A stretch of 63,328 nucleotides of DNA, counting the filler, from Pirum gemmata (lineage: Eukaryota), in assembly GCA_002812295.1 (NCBI GenBank). It is 24 parts of 24 records of this genome, joined end to end, with 100 filler letters (N's around TTAATTAATTAA, not from the genome) between each part and the next. Parts side by side here need not be neighbours in the genome. Positions count along the whole stretch, not along the records: positions 50,966 to 53,119 come from PDIN01007855.1; positions 53,220 to 55,427 come from PDIN01007856.1; positions 55,528 to 57,734 come from PDIN01007857.1; positions 57,835 to 61,021 come from PDIN01007858.1; positions 61,122 to 63,328 come from PDIN01007859.1; 19 more parts are not named here. One strand, written 5' to 3'. The notes beneath the pieces were generated by a model that ran no database searches, was not told the origin of the DNA, and worked only from the letters and a program-made list of their open reading frames with translations. Made by a program: the position numbers and the translations under genes. Shown here piece by piece: positions 52,883-63,328 of the stretch. The stretch's first letter is position 1. Every line of letters begins with the position of its first letter.

Positions 52883-53060
52883 GGAGGAAAAAGTTGATAA
52901 AAATGGTGTTAGTTACTATGTAAATCATTTTACTAAAAGTACTCAATGGGAAAGGCCGAATCAAAACATGCAAACATCGTCATCTACTCCAGCATCTTCG
53001 TCTAATATAACCACTAAAGCTAATATTACAAAATCAACATCTATTAATATTACCAGACCG
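52883..53060 (+). CDS. Exon encoding most of a WW domain plus an S/T-rich linker
   Basis: AG|G-GAG.. gives EEKVDKNGVSYYVNHFTKSTQWERP (WW consensus GxxYYxNHxTxxTQWERP); GT donor at 53061. Not in the ORF track. Confidence 0.85.
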
Positions 53061-54402
53061 GTTTGTTATATTTGTTTTGTTTGTTATTATTAGTATTAGT
53101 ATTAGTATTAGTATTAGTANNNNNNNNNNNNNNNNNNNNNNNNNNNNNNNNNNNNNNNNNNNNTTAATTAATTAANNNNNNNNNNNNNNNNNNNNNNNNN
53201 NNNNNNNNNNNNNNNNNNNGTCCAGCTAAACTTATTAGCTACTGGTCTAGCTAGTAGCTGAAGACGCTTGATTTTTTCGATTTTCGAGCAAAACGTGCTA
53301 TTCGCGCTAGGCTATTCGACTGCTATTCGTGAGGGGTATAAAATTTAGGCTATTTAGGAAATTAATTTTTTGAAAGTAGGTAATTTAACCAAAATTTTAA
53401 TTTTTTAGGGGACTTTTTTTTTTTTTTTTTTTTTTAAAATCAAACGCGGAAAAAATTTTTTATTTTTTTTTTTTTTTTTTTTTTTGTTTTTTTGCTAAGT
53501 TTTTTTCTGTGGGACTTGATCTACTCGAGTGGTAATCAACTTCTCTAGAGTGGTATTGATACTTTTGATACTTAGTTACATTAGACTAGGTAGTTCTTAT
53601 ATTATAGACTAGATATTATAGACCTAGCTAGTATGATAGTAGTAGTGCTATAACAGTACTAGCTAGCTGCTATAACACTGCTATAACACTGCTATTATCA
53701 ATAATATTTATCGATAAGGTATCGATATGATAGAACTATCTGATATCATAGAATTAGTCTATATATGTAGACTATAATTGTAGTCTAATAATGCTGTCTA
53801 TGGTATGATACCAGTAGTCTTGTTTTCCTTTATTATATAGTCTATTTAAAAAAAAGGAGTAGTAAGTAGCCTAGCTAGTAGTAGGTTACAGTTTAATAAA
53901 TACTGTAGTTGTGTTTTGTTAATTAATACTTTGGTATATATAATATGATAAGTTAATGATTAGGTTGACAGTTGGTTGTGATTTGCTGTATTTTTCATAA
54001 TAAGACCATAGACTAATATATAGTCCATGATTAGTATTGATAGTACTTGCTAAAAAATAATATGTAGCTACAAGCCTACATGATTTAATATATAAAAAAG
54101 TTATCTATGATATGATAAAAGTTATATATAAACATAATTATATTATTAGACAATATAAAAATTTCATAATAATTTTAATTAATTATTCCTAGCCATCTAG
54201 TAAAATAGTTTATGGCTACGGGTGAATAGGGTGAATACTGAATACCCTAAAAAAAAAAGGAGAACTGCCGTAGCTACTAGCTAGAGCTAGCTAGCTAGCT
54301 AGCTAGATATCAGATAGTCTTATTAGATAGACGGTCATAGACCATCTATCTACTTTATTATTATAAATACCACATTATTTCTGGCGAATTAAAATTCTAC
54401 AT

Positions 54403-54438
<36 letters not shown>

Positions 54439-55563
54439 TTTTTTTTTTTTTTTTTTTTTTTTTTTGTTTAGTCTAGTAGTCTAGTCTATTATGGCAAACG
54501 GGAAAAAAATTCCTTAATTCGTCCAAAAGCTACCAAAAAATATTTTTTGCTACCTAATAAGAAAATAGTATGCAAATAGTATGTAAATTAAGTATTAAAG
54601 TTCTTTTTTTTTACCTACCAAACTCTTAGCAAATTAAAATTGAGTGTGGAATTTGAAAGAATTTGAAACTTTTTTAGTTCAGTTTTTTCAGTTTTTTCAC
54701 ATTTTTCACTCTTTTTTCAAGTTCGAACTCCCAAGTTAAATTGCACACAATGTGGGAGAGCAGCACACTGTGCACAGTGAGAGTACAGTGAGTGACTGTA
54801 AATTCAAGCCTAGCTAGTAGTAGTACCTACTAGCTCGCTGGGGCTTTTTCCACAGTTTTTTCCCCTATGCATAATATATAGTAGATCTAGGCTTTTTACC
54901 AGATTTTTTTCAAACCTGTATCCGTAAACTAGCTAGCTACTAGTAGTAGACTCTAGCTAGCTAGGTAGGGGAGTAGTAGGGGGTTGTTTGTTGTCCAGTT
55001 CAAAAACTAAATAAACATTATTATTGTTTTTTTTTAAAAAAAAAAAAAAACTAAATAAACAAACCAAATTATTATTATGGTTAAGCTAGCAGACATTTTT
55101 TGATAAATTTGGTATTTTATAATTAATTATACACTTAAATAGTACCAAATTAAAGATTGAGAGGGTAACTGTAATGAAATAGACGAAATAATATATCATA
55201 ACTTTGTATCTTTGATATCCGATAGCTCTATATCATCCTGTAAGCTCTACTAGCTAGTAGCTAGATAGCAGCTACTACTACTAGCTAGCTACTAGAGTAG
55301 TAGCTAACTAGCGAGTCCAGCTAAACTTATTAGCTACTGGTCTAGCTAGTAGCTGAAGACGCTTGATTTTTTCGATTTTCGAGCAAAACGTGCTATTCGC
55401 GCTAGGCTATTCGACTGCTATTCGTGANNNNNNNNNNNNNNNNNNNNNNNNNNNNNNNNNNNNNNNNNNNNTTAATTAATTAANNNNNNNNNNNNNNNNN
55501 NNNNNNNNNNNNNNNNNNNNNNNNNNNATAAATAATAATAATACATAAATAACAGTAACATAC

Positions 55564-55663
55564 CCTCCTTTTTACAATCGCAGCAATAAATTGCTTTCTT
55601 CTCCCTTGTATAATTATAAATGGCCCTTTTCTTACAATTTGGGCCCTGGCATTTTGTTGGCAT
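55564..55663 (-). CDS. First exon encoding an EsV-1-7-like cysteine-rich motif
   Basis: MPTKCQGPNCKKRAIYNYTREKKAIYCCDCKKEG matches the recalled pattern CxxxxCxKxxxF/YNxxxxxxxxxCxx(H)KxxGM, followed by donor GTATGT. Confidence 0.65.
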
Positions 55664-58600
55664 TATGAATATTATTTATTTATTGAATTATTATTTTATT
55701 TATTTATTTATTTTATCAATTAAAATAATAATAATAATAATAATAAATGCAACAATTATTAATAAAAATAATATATATTAAAAAGATTAAAGCTAACAAA
55801 AAACTATTTGAAATTGAAAAAAAAAAAAAAAAAAAAAAAGTAAACTAAAAAAAATCNNNNNNNNNNNNNNNNNNNNNNNNNNNNNNNNNNNNNNNNNNNN
55901 NNNNNNNNNACGTGCTTGGAAAAAAGAAAAAAGAAAGATGGAGAGCTGCGGGTGGGTGGCTTCAAAAAAAATAAGAAAGAAAAGTAGACTGCGGTAGCTA
56001 CTGCTACTGAGGCTACTGGTAGCTAGGCTAGCTAGGCTAAGCTAGCTCTAGTAGAGAGTAGATCCAGACTTAGACAACAAAGAAAATACTGCAGGCAAAA
56101 CAGGGAATCCGCAGGGAATTACAAGAAAAAAGAGAAAAAAAACCATGGGCACCAAAAAAAAAATTTTTTTTAATACCACAGTTCATTATTTTTCTTGATT
56201 GTTTATCATTTTTTAGCTTTTTTTTTTTATAAATCACTATTATTATACTATTATTATTACCATTATTATTAATTATCATTACTTTCTTTTTTATAAAAAT
56301 TAGTATTAATTAAATAGGTAATAATAAAATAAATCCGTTTTTGAATAAAAAAAAAACTCATTAAAACTATTGTTTAAATCTACCCTAAAGCTAACCCTAC
56401 TACAGTCTTACTACCTATCATAGTAGCTAGCTAGCTAGTTATAGTAGTAGCCTAGCTACTAGCTAGCTTAGTAGCCCTATTCATAAAAAGTATTGCTGTA
56501 AATTTAATTAAATTTAAAAATGTGATATTTTAAAAAGTTTTAATTTGTTGTTTTTAAAAAAGCAAGTTTAATTAAAGTATAATATGATTATAGTACACGT
56601 TTGTTGTCAGAAAACTGTATGTAAAGGTTGAGATTAATACATATACATAAATATCAAATTTCATTAATCGTATAATTGTTATAATAATTTATAAAGTGAA
56701 GTTATTAAAATTATTTAAGAAACAACAGCATGATACAAGTAGCATGATCAGTATCTCTAACTCCGGCCTGAATTTTCTCAGGATAATAATTATTTCCCTG
56801 CTGGGGTTTACTTGGGGTTTGCTAGCTAGCTAGCTAGTAGCTATCGATAGCTTCTTTTTTTCTCTAGTTAGCTAGCTAGCTAGCTAGTATCAGATATGTA
56901 GTAGCCTAGCTAGCTAGTAGCTAGCTAGTGTACGGTCTACTATGATACCTATCGATAGCTAGCTAGAGTCTACGGGTCTACCGTCTACTACTACTATCTG
57001 ACAGCTAGCTAGCTAGCTAGACTCTAGCTAGTCATTTTCAAGAATTTCTGAAAACGGAAGTGTTTATTTTTCATTTTTTTGATATTAGATAGTTATAAAT
57101 ATATATATTAACTACCAAGCCGGATAAAAATGGCCACATCTGCCATATGAGCTCAAAATCAAAAAATCTCAAAATGATCCGATTTTAATGAAAATCCTAC
57201 CAACTTTTTAGAAATCATCTAACTAAGAAAACTTTATTATGAACCAATGGCTTATTTTTAAAAAATATTTGGCTAGTTAACATTAAAGGTTTTAGAAAAG
57301 AAGTCTAAAAAAATGATTTTTACAGTTTTATCTGACTCAACTGTTAACTAGTTCATAAATCTCAAAATTATTTTTAAAATATTATCATAATTTTTAAAAT
57401 TTTTGTAAAGTCTACTACTAGCTAGACTAGCTAGCTAGACTCTAGCTAGCTAGTCTAGCTGGATAGCTACCTGGAGTAGCTGTAGGTAGCTAGCTATCTG
57501 ATAGCGGGGTGATAAATAGATAGACTTTTTTATAATAGACCCCCCTCTAAAAGTGGTTTTGGTTTTGGTTAGTCTACAGCAGACTATCTGAGGAAAGAGA
57601 CCGACTCAACTATGATATCATATGCATAGGATTCATAGCACTCTATCAGATAGCTATCGGTATCAGATAGTTACTTTACTACTATCAATACCAACTAGCT
57701 AGAAGAGGCTAAAAGAGCTAGTAGCTACCGTGGGNNNNNNNNNNNNNNNNNNNNNNNNNNNNNNNNNNNNNNNNNNNNTTAATTAATTAANNNNNNNNNN
57801 NNNNNNNNNNNNNNNNNNNNNNNNNNNNNNNNNNGGGAATTTTTGCCCAAATTTTAAACTTTTTTTTTTTTCGATGTTCGACTTTTTAAAAATATGTGAA
57901 AGGCAGCAGGGAGACTCAGCTCGTTAAAAGCTATCCATTCACGCTCTCAAAATTTTCGAGATACGGCTCGGTGAACTGGGGGTTAGATATGGAATCAGGT
58001 TGAGTTCCCCCACCATATTATATAATATTATATATTATGATATATTATTAAAAGAGTAAAAAAAAGTTTCTGTTTTCCTAAATATAATATAAAAAAAAGA
58101 AGGAGCGCTGGAGTCATAGGTTACAGTTATAAATATAGTTAATTAAAGTTGCAATTTGTTGATTTGTTTTAAAAATACTTTGGTAAAGTTATTATTATAT
58201 AAATAATGATTTGATTGTCAGTTGGTTTTGACTTGTTGTACTTTTCATAATGACATCATAATATATAGATTATGATGAGCAATTGTATTGTTCTTTAGGT
58301 TGGGTTCTCGACGCCCACTGTCTTGATGGTTTTCTTTTGATTTTCATATAATCATTCCCATTCATTTTGTTCTAAATTCCAAAGGTTGTTGAGGTTGTTA
58401 TTAATATCGATCATTAAAAAGGTTTTTCTTTTCAGGTGTTCTTCTATGTGTTTTATACTACTGTTTGTCATAATCGTTTCTAGATGATNTCCAAAGGTTG
58501 TTGAGGTTGTTATTAATATCGATCATTAAAAAGGTTTTTCTTTTCAGGTGTTCTTCTATGTGTTTTATACTACTGTTTGTCATAATCGTTTCTAGATGAT

Positions 58601-58854
58601 CATTTGTAGATTCCAACTAATTGGAGGTATTATTGGTTTGGATAGAGACTTACATGCTTTTATGTTTATGTTATTGTTATGGTTATGGTTATGGTCATAG
58701 TAGTAGTTTTGCTGTTAGCTGGGCCTGCTACTGTTATGGTTAGCTATAGGGCTAGGGTTAGGTTTAGGGTTAGGGTTAGGGTTAGGGTTAGGGTTAGGGT
58801 TAGGGTTAGGGTTAGGGTTAGGGTTAGGGTTAGGGTTAGGGTTAGGGTTAGGGN

Positions 58855-58895
<41 letters not shown>

Positions 58896-58953
58896 GCTAC
58901 TACCAAAACTTTTACCACTACCACTACCACTACTATCACTTCCACTGCCACTA

Positions 58954-58985
<32 letters not shown>

Positions 58986-59049
58986 GATACTAATACTACT
59001 ACTACTACATGTTGATACACGTTTTACTTATTTTTATTTCTTTATTTAG

Positions 59050-59424
59050 GAAAATGAAATAAATACGATAACCAGTAAGAGAATCAGCAGTCGGGTACAC
59101 ATGATGCTTCAAAAACGAAAGGCTGTTGCACTCAAACAATACACTCCTAAATTTGAAGAAGCTTATCAAGTGGGTAAGTCGTTTGATCCGAATAAAGAAC
59201 GCAGAGAACATAAGAAATTATCTTATCAACTTAAACAAGAAAAGAAAGGCGCTATGCGAGAATTGCGCAAAGATACCAAGTTTTTGGCTAGACAGCAATG
59301 GAAAGATGCTATGGCGAACGATAAAGAACGTAACACGAAGGTTAAAAATATTATGTCGCAACTTTCTTCGCAACAAGCAGAGAAAAATCAAATGGATCGT
59401 GAGAAGAATAAAAAGAAAAAGTAA
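59050..59424 (+). CDS. NOP14: Nucleolar protein 14, last exon
   Basis: ALKQYTPKFEE..DPNKERREHKKL..KQEKKGAMRELRKDTKFLAR is the conserved Nop14 C-terminus; acceptor TTTAG at 59045-59049. Confidence 0.93.
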   Translation, partial: ENEINTITSKRISSRVHMMLQKRKAVALKQYTPKFEEAYQVGKSFDPNKERREHKKLSYQLKQEKKGAMRELRKDTKFLARQQWKDAMANDKERNTKVKNIMSQLSSQQAEKNQMDREKNKKKK

Positions 59425-59571
59425 TTTTTTTTTTTTTTTGTTATTTGTTTTTTTTGTTTTTTTTTTTTTTTTTTTTGGTTTTTTTTTTTTTTTTTTTTTT
59501 TNNNNNNNNNNACAAAGAAAAAAAAATACAACAAAAAAAAAAGCTTTTACATTTTATTCATGCAAAGGACT

Positions 59572-59800
59572 GTAAAAGGCATGCATAAATTAAAAAATAT
59601 GAAAAGGGCATTAAAAGGCATGAAAAAGGCATTGTAAAAGACATGTAAAAGTCATGTACAAGTCATGTGAAAGTCATATGTAAAAGGCATTAAAAAGTCA
59701 TGTAATGTAAAAGTCATGTAACAAAGACTTGTAAAAGACTAGATGTAAAAGACTAAAAGATGTAAAAGGCATGTTAAAGGCATGTTAAAGGCATGTAAAT
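59572..59800. repeat. Degenerate approximately 10-bp minisatellite (AAAGGCATGT-like)
   Basis: Seen directly downstream of NOP14. Confidence 0.75.
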
Positions 59801-61709
59801 ATATACTTAAAAGTATTTACAAATATGAGGGCGTGTTTATATGTGGCACAGAAAGAGCTTTCGTCGCAACGAAACGAAGAAAAAAAAAACTTGGTAGTAG
59901 AAAGAATAAAGGAAAAAAGGAAACTTTTTATTAAGGACTGGCGTAACAAATAACGAAAAGTATTTTTTTGAACTAAAACCTACCAAATTACCATTCAGTA
60001 AATCAATTTGGAATGTTAATATTCAAATCGGATACATTTTAGAAATTAAAACCATGCAGATTAGCTACATGAAGATTTTTAATTTCTTTTGAAACTTTTT
60101 TTTTCAATAATATTCAATGGAGTGAGGGGTTTACATTTTTTTTCAGAGTTACAAAAATGTAAATGTTGATTTTCATAAATCGTTAAAAAACTCGCTCGAA
60201 AATTGAAGATTTTGGAACATGTAACTATTGTTGAGCCAAGAATATAGTGAGCTTTTTGTTTTTTTAAGTCCATACGCTCTAGTACATAGTTGATAAAGCT
60301 GCTGATAATATTTAAAGAATGGAATTTCTTTTCCAATTTTACTAAAAAATATTTTTGGTTCGCATAACACATTAGCATGATTAATTAAAGGTGATAAAAT
60401 AGTGATTTTAATATATATATATATGAAATCACGATTTAAAGACAGTTTAGGTAGTTCTGTCAATTCCTCACCAGCGTATGAATTAAATAAAGTAAAAGTG
60501 GTTGGTACAGCATATAATTCTAATGTTGGAAAGCTTATAGAAGATTTCCGGCCACGCATGCTTTTAAATAAAACACCCAGTACACACGTATTATCTATTT
60601 CATTTGACACATTGTTTAATTCATTATAAGGCATAGCTTTAGCTTTTATTTCCCTTTTTACTTGTTTAAATACATTAACAATATCAAACCGTGGTATTTT
60701 GACTCCATTTGAAACTGGTAATGTATTTTTATACACAAGTTTAGGACGTTTAACACCCACAAAGGGGTTTTCAGGGGTTCGGGGCAGCAATATTTGCTCA
60801 GCACCACTTTTGTTGTATTCTTCTAGTCTTGTTGTCTTGTTTATTAATGAATTACTTGGGATTAAAAAAATTAGTCATTCTAGCCATGTCTAATACATAA
60901 TTATATTCGATTTTTATTTCTTTTGGTACATCTTTATTTATAATTTCTCCGATATCGATTAGTCTCTTTTTGAGTGTAACGTACATTGTTTATTGTGTGT
61001 GTGTGTGTGTGTGTGTGTGTGNNNNNNNNNNNNNNNNNNNNNNNNNNNNNNNNNNNNNNNNNNNNTTAATTAATTAANNNNNNNNNNNNNNNNNNNNNNN
61101 NNNNNNNNNNNNNNNNNNNNNATTAATTATTAAATTTAATTTGGTTATTTTAGGTGTACTAAAATCAATTAACTTATATATTTATTAGATGCAATTTATA
61201 TGATTTGGCTGTTTTTTTTATTGTTTAATTCTTAATCCAATTAACTCCAATAAAAACAACTTGGGGGTTTTAATATTATTAATTTATTTTACAATACAAA
61301 ATTACAAAACCCTACCAATTTTTTTTATTTGGTAATTTTTACTATTAATATTTTTTTATTATTATTAATTAAAAATCAAGCAAAATTACAAAACCTGCCA
61401 AATTATTTTATTTGGTAATTTTTACTATTAATATTTATTATTAATAATAATTAAAAATCAAGCAATATGTATAGTAAATAATACAGGGTCTAACTATCTC
61501 GAAAAGTTTAACTCGTTTTATTATTGGTTTTTATTCCCACTAACTAGCCTATTACTTTAATTCATTATATTTTTTATAAAATTTTAATTTTTTAATTATT
61601 GTAAATAGACCATTAATAAATCTTCATTTGGGTAAAAAAAAAAAAAAACTTACTATTTTCTTATTATTATTTTGACGTTTAAAATATCCGTGCTATACTT
61701 TAGCCCCTA

Positions 61710-62735
61710 TGATATCTATATCGAAAAAAATCGATATTTGCCTTAATATTTTCGATATTCATCGAAAAAAAATCAATATTTATCTAATAAATCTTATCGA
61801 AAAAAAAACCTATATTCGTTTTTTTTTAGCCAAGCCAGATAAAACTAGAAATAGTTTTTTTTTAGACTTCTTTTCTAAAAACTTGCCAAAGTATTTTTAA
61901 AAACTGGCCATTTGTTCAAAATAGAATTTTCCTAATTAGACCATTTCTCAAATGTTGGTAGTAATTTCATTACAATTGGATGATTTTGTCGGATTTTGTT
62001 CTCATATGGCAGATTCCGCAACTTTTATCCGGCTTGGCTATTTTTTTTTAAAAAAAAAAATAAATTAAAAAAAAAAAAATTAATATTAATCGAAAAAAAA
62101 TCCATATTTCCTTTTAACATTTTCAATATTTATCAAAAAAAATCGATATTTACCTTAACATTTTCGATATTTATCGAAAAAATCTATATTGATTTTCAGG
62201 ATTTTCGATATTTATTGAAAAAAATCAATATGTATCGAAAAAAACGACATTTGCTTTATAATATATTCGATATTTATCGAAAAAAAAATATTAAAATTTT
62301 CGATGTTTATCGAAAAAAATCTGTATTCGTTTTTAATATTTTCAATATTTATGGAAAAAAATCAATAATGTATATCGAAAAAAATCGATGTTTGCTTTAC
62401 CATTTTCGATATTTGTCGCAAAAAAAATCGTTATTTGCTTTTAATATTTTCAATATTTATCAAAAAAAAAAATCGATATTTCCTGAACATTTTCGATATT
62501 TATCGAAAAAAAATCGATATTTGCTTTAATATTTTCCATATTTATCGACAAAAAATCGATATTTATCTTAAAATTTTCGATGTTTATTGGGAAAAAAATC
62601 GATATTTGCTTTAATATTTTCGATATTTATCAAAAAAAAAATCGATATTTGCTTCAATATATTCGATTAATCGAAAAAAAAAAAAACAATATACATTTTA
62701 AAAATATCGATAAATATCGAAAAAAAAATCGATGT
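61710..62735. repeat. ATCGA-rich degenerate minisatellite (approximately 40-bp, quasi-palindromic units)
   Basis: Repeated TTTTCGATATTTATCGAAAAAAATCGATATTTG units. Confidence 0.8.
61829..62038. mobile_element. Complete MITE family D with TA target duplication (Tc1/mariner-type)
   Basis: TA-GCCAAGCCAGATAAAA...TTTTATCCGGCTTGGC-TA. Other copies at 7598-7797, 21971-22205 and 57114-57320. Confidence 0.8.
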
Positions 62736-62766
62736 TGGTTAGGATGTAAAGTCTTTGATATATAAA

Positions 62767-63244
62767 TTAATTATATATTGCATTAGCAACAGCAACTACA
62801 TCATGCATAGCTTCTACATTATGAACTCGAACAAACGATACGTTGGACGCCACACAAGCAGTTACGGCGGCAGCCGTGCCAAAATCTCTTTCACAAGCCG
62901 AGGGAATAGATTCGATTTCCAAATCTCGAACACGTGGTTTTATTTCGGTTTCGGTTTCGGTTTCGGAATTTCGAACACGTGGTTTTGTTTCGGTTTCGGT
63001 TTCCGAATTTCGAACACGTGGTTTTGCTTCCGCTGACAAAGTGCCCAAGAATTTTTTTCTAGAAGGCCCGGTTAGAACAGGATAAGAACTTAAATCTAAC
63101 TCTGTACTGTCGTTAATGTTTAATTTGAAAAACATGGTTTTTAAATTTTTTAAAATCTTAATGTTTTGAGGTAACCCTTTAGCAAAACCTATTCCTGGAT
63201 CAATAACTATATAAAGTGATTTTTTTTGATTTTTTAACATTTTG
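62767..63244 (-). CDS. folP: Dihydropteroate synthase (DHPS domain), last exon
   Basis: IVIDPGIGFAK, PVLTGPSRKKFLG, ERDFGT and VRVHNV motifs; acceptor CCAG at 63248-63245. Confidence 0.93.
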
Positions 63245-63328
63245 CTGGTTTTATTATTTAATTAGAAATAATAATAAATAATAATGATGATAATAATAAT
63301 GATGATAATAATAATGATAATAATAATA

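Noticed and set aside
16058..55663. A single endogenous viral region joining the YqaJ-like, C1q-like and EsV-1-7-like fragments
   Set aside because: They are on different scaffolds separated by artificial linkers, and no viral core gene is present.
58379..58600. Exact approximately 110-bp tandem duplication
   Set aside because: The copies are separated by a single N; an unmerged contig overlap.
60079..60893. 205-aa and overlapping ORFs downstream of NOP14
   Set aside because: Possibly a decayed gene, but no motif, start or splice structure that I can support.
61996..62765. 177-aa and 61-aa K/I/F-rich ORFs
   Set aside because: Translations of the ATCGA minisatellite and a MITE end.

Overview
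AT-rich eukaryotic DNA that is not one contiguous locus. It is 24 small scaffolds (mostly about 2.2 kb) joined by 23 identical artificial linkers (N44-TTAATTAATTAA-N44), so neighbourhood across linkers means nothing. Recognisable spliced gene fragments: BIG/Sec7 ARF-GEF (4 exons), TSC2/tuberin (3 exons), the last exons of NOP14 and dihydropteroate synthase, an EBP-like exon, a WW-domain exon and a DEP-domain ORF. Also present: tRNA-Lys(TTT), YqaJ-like and EsV-1-7-like fragments (virus/transposon-associated families), several orphan ORFs, two deleted hAT copies, a decayed non-LTR RT and at least five MITE families. Animal-like BIG/TSC2 together with a folate-pathway DHPS and TTAGGG repeats suggests a non-metazoan eukaryote (inference). 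The most striking signal recurs on independent scaffolds. TTAGGG and related simple repeats fill introns and interrupt transposon copies whose homologues lack them, and short unique segments next to these tracts are re-copied. As a result, 3' splice sites plus exon starts occur as several decoy copies upstream of the intact exon (TSC2 twice, the WW exon). Protein family calls rest on motifs recalled from memory; no searches were run.
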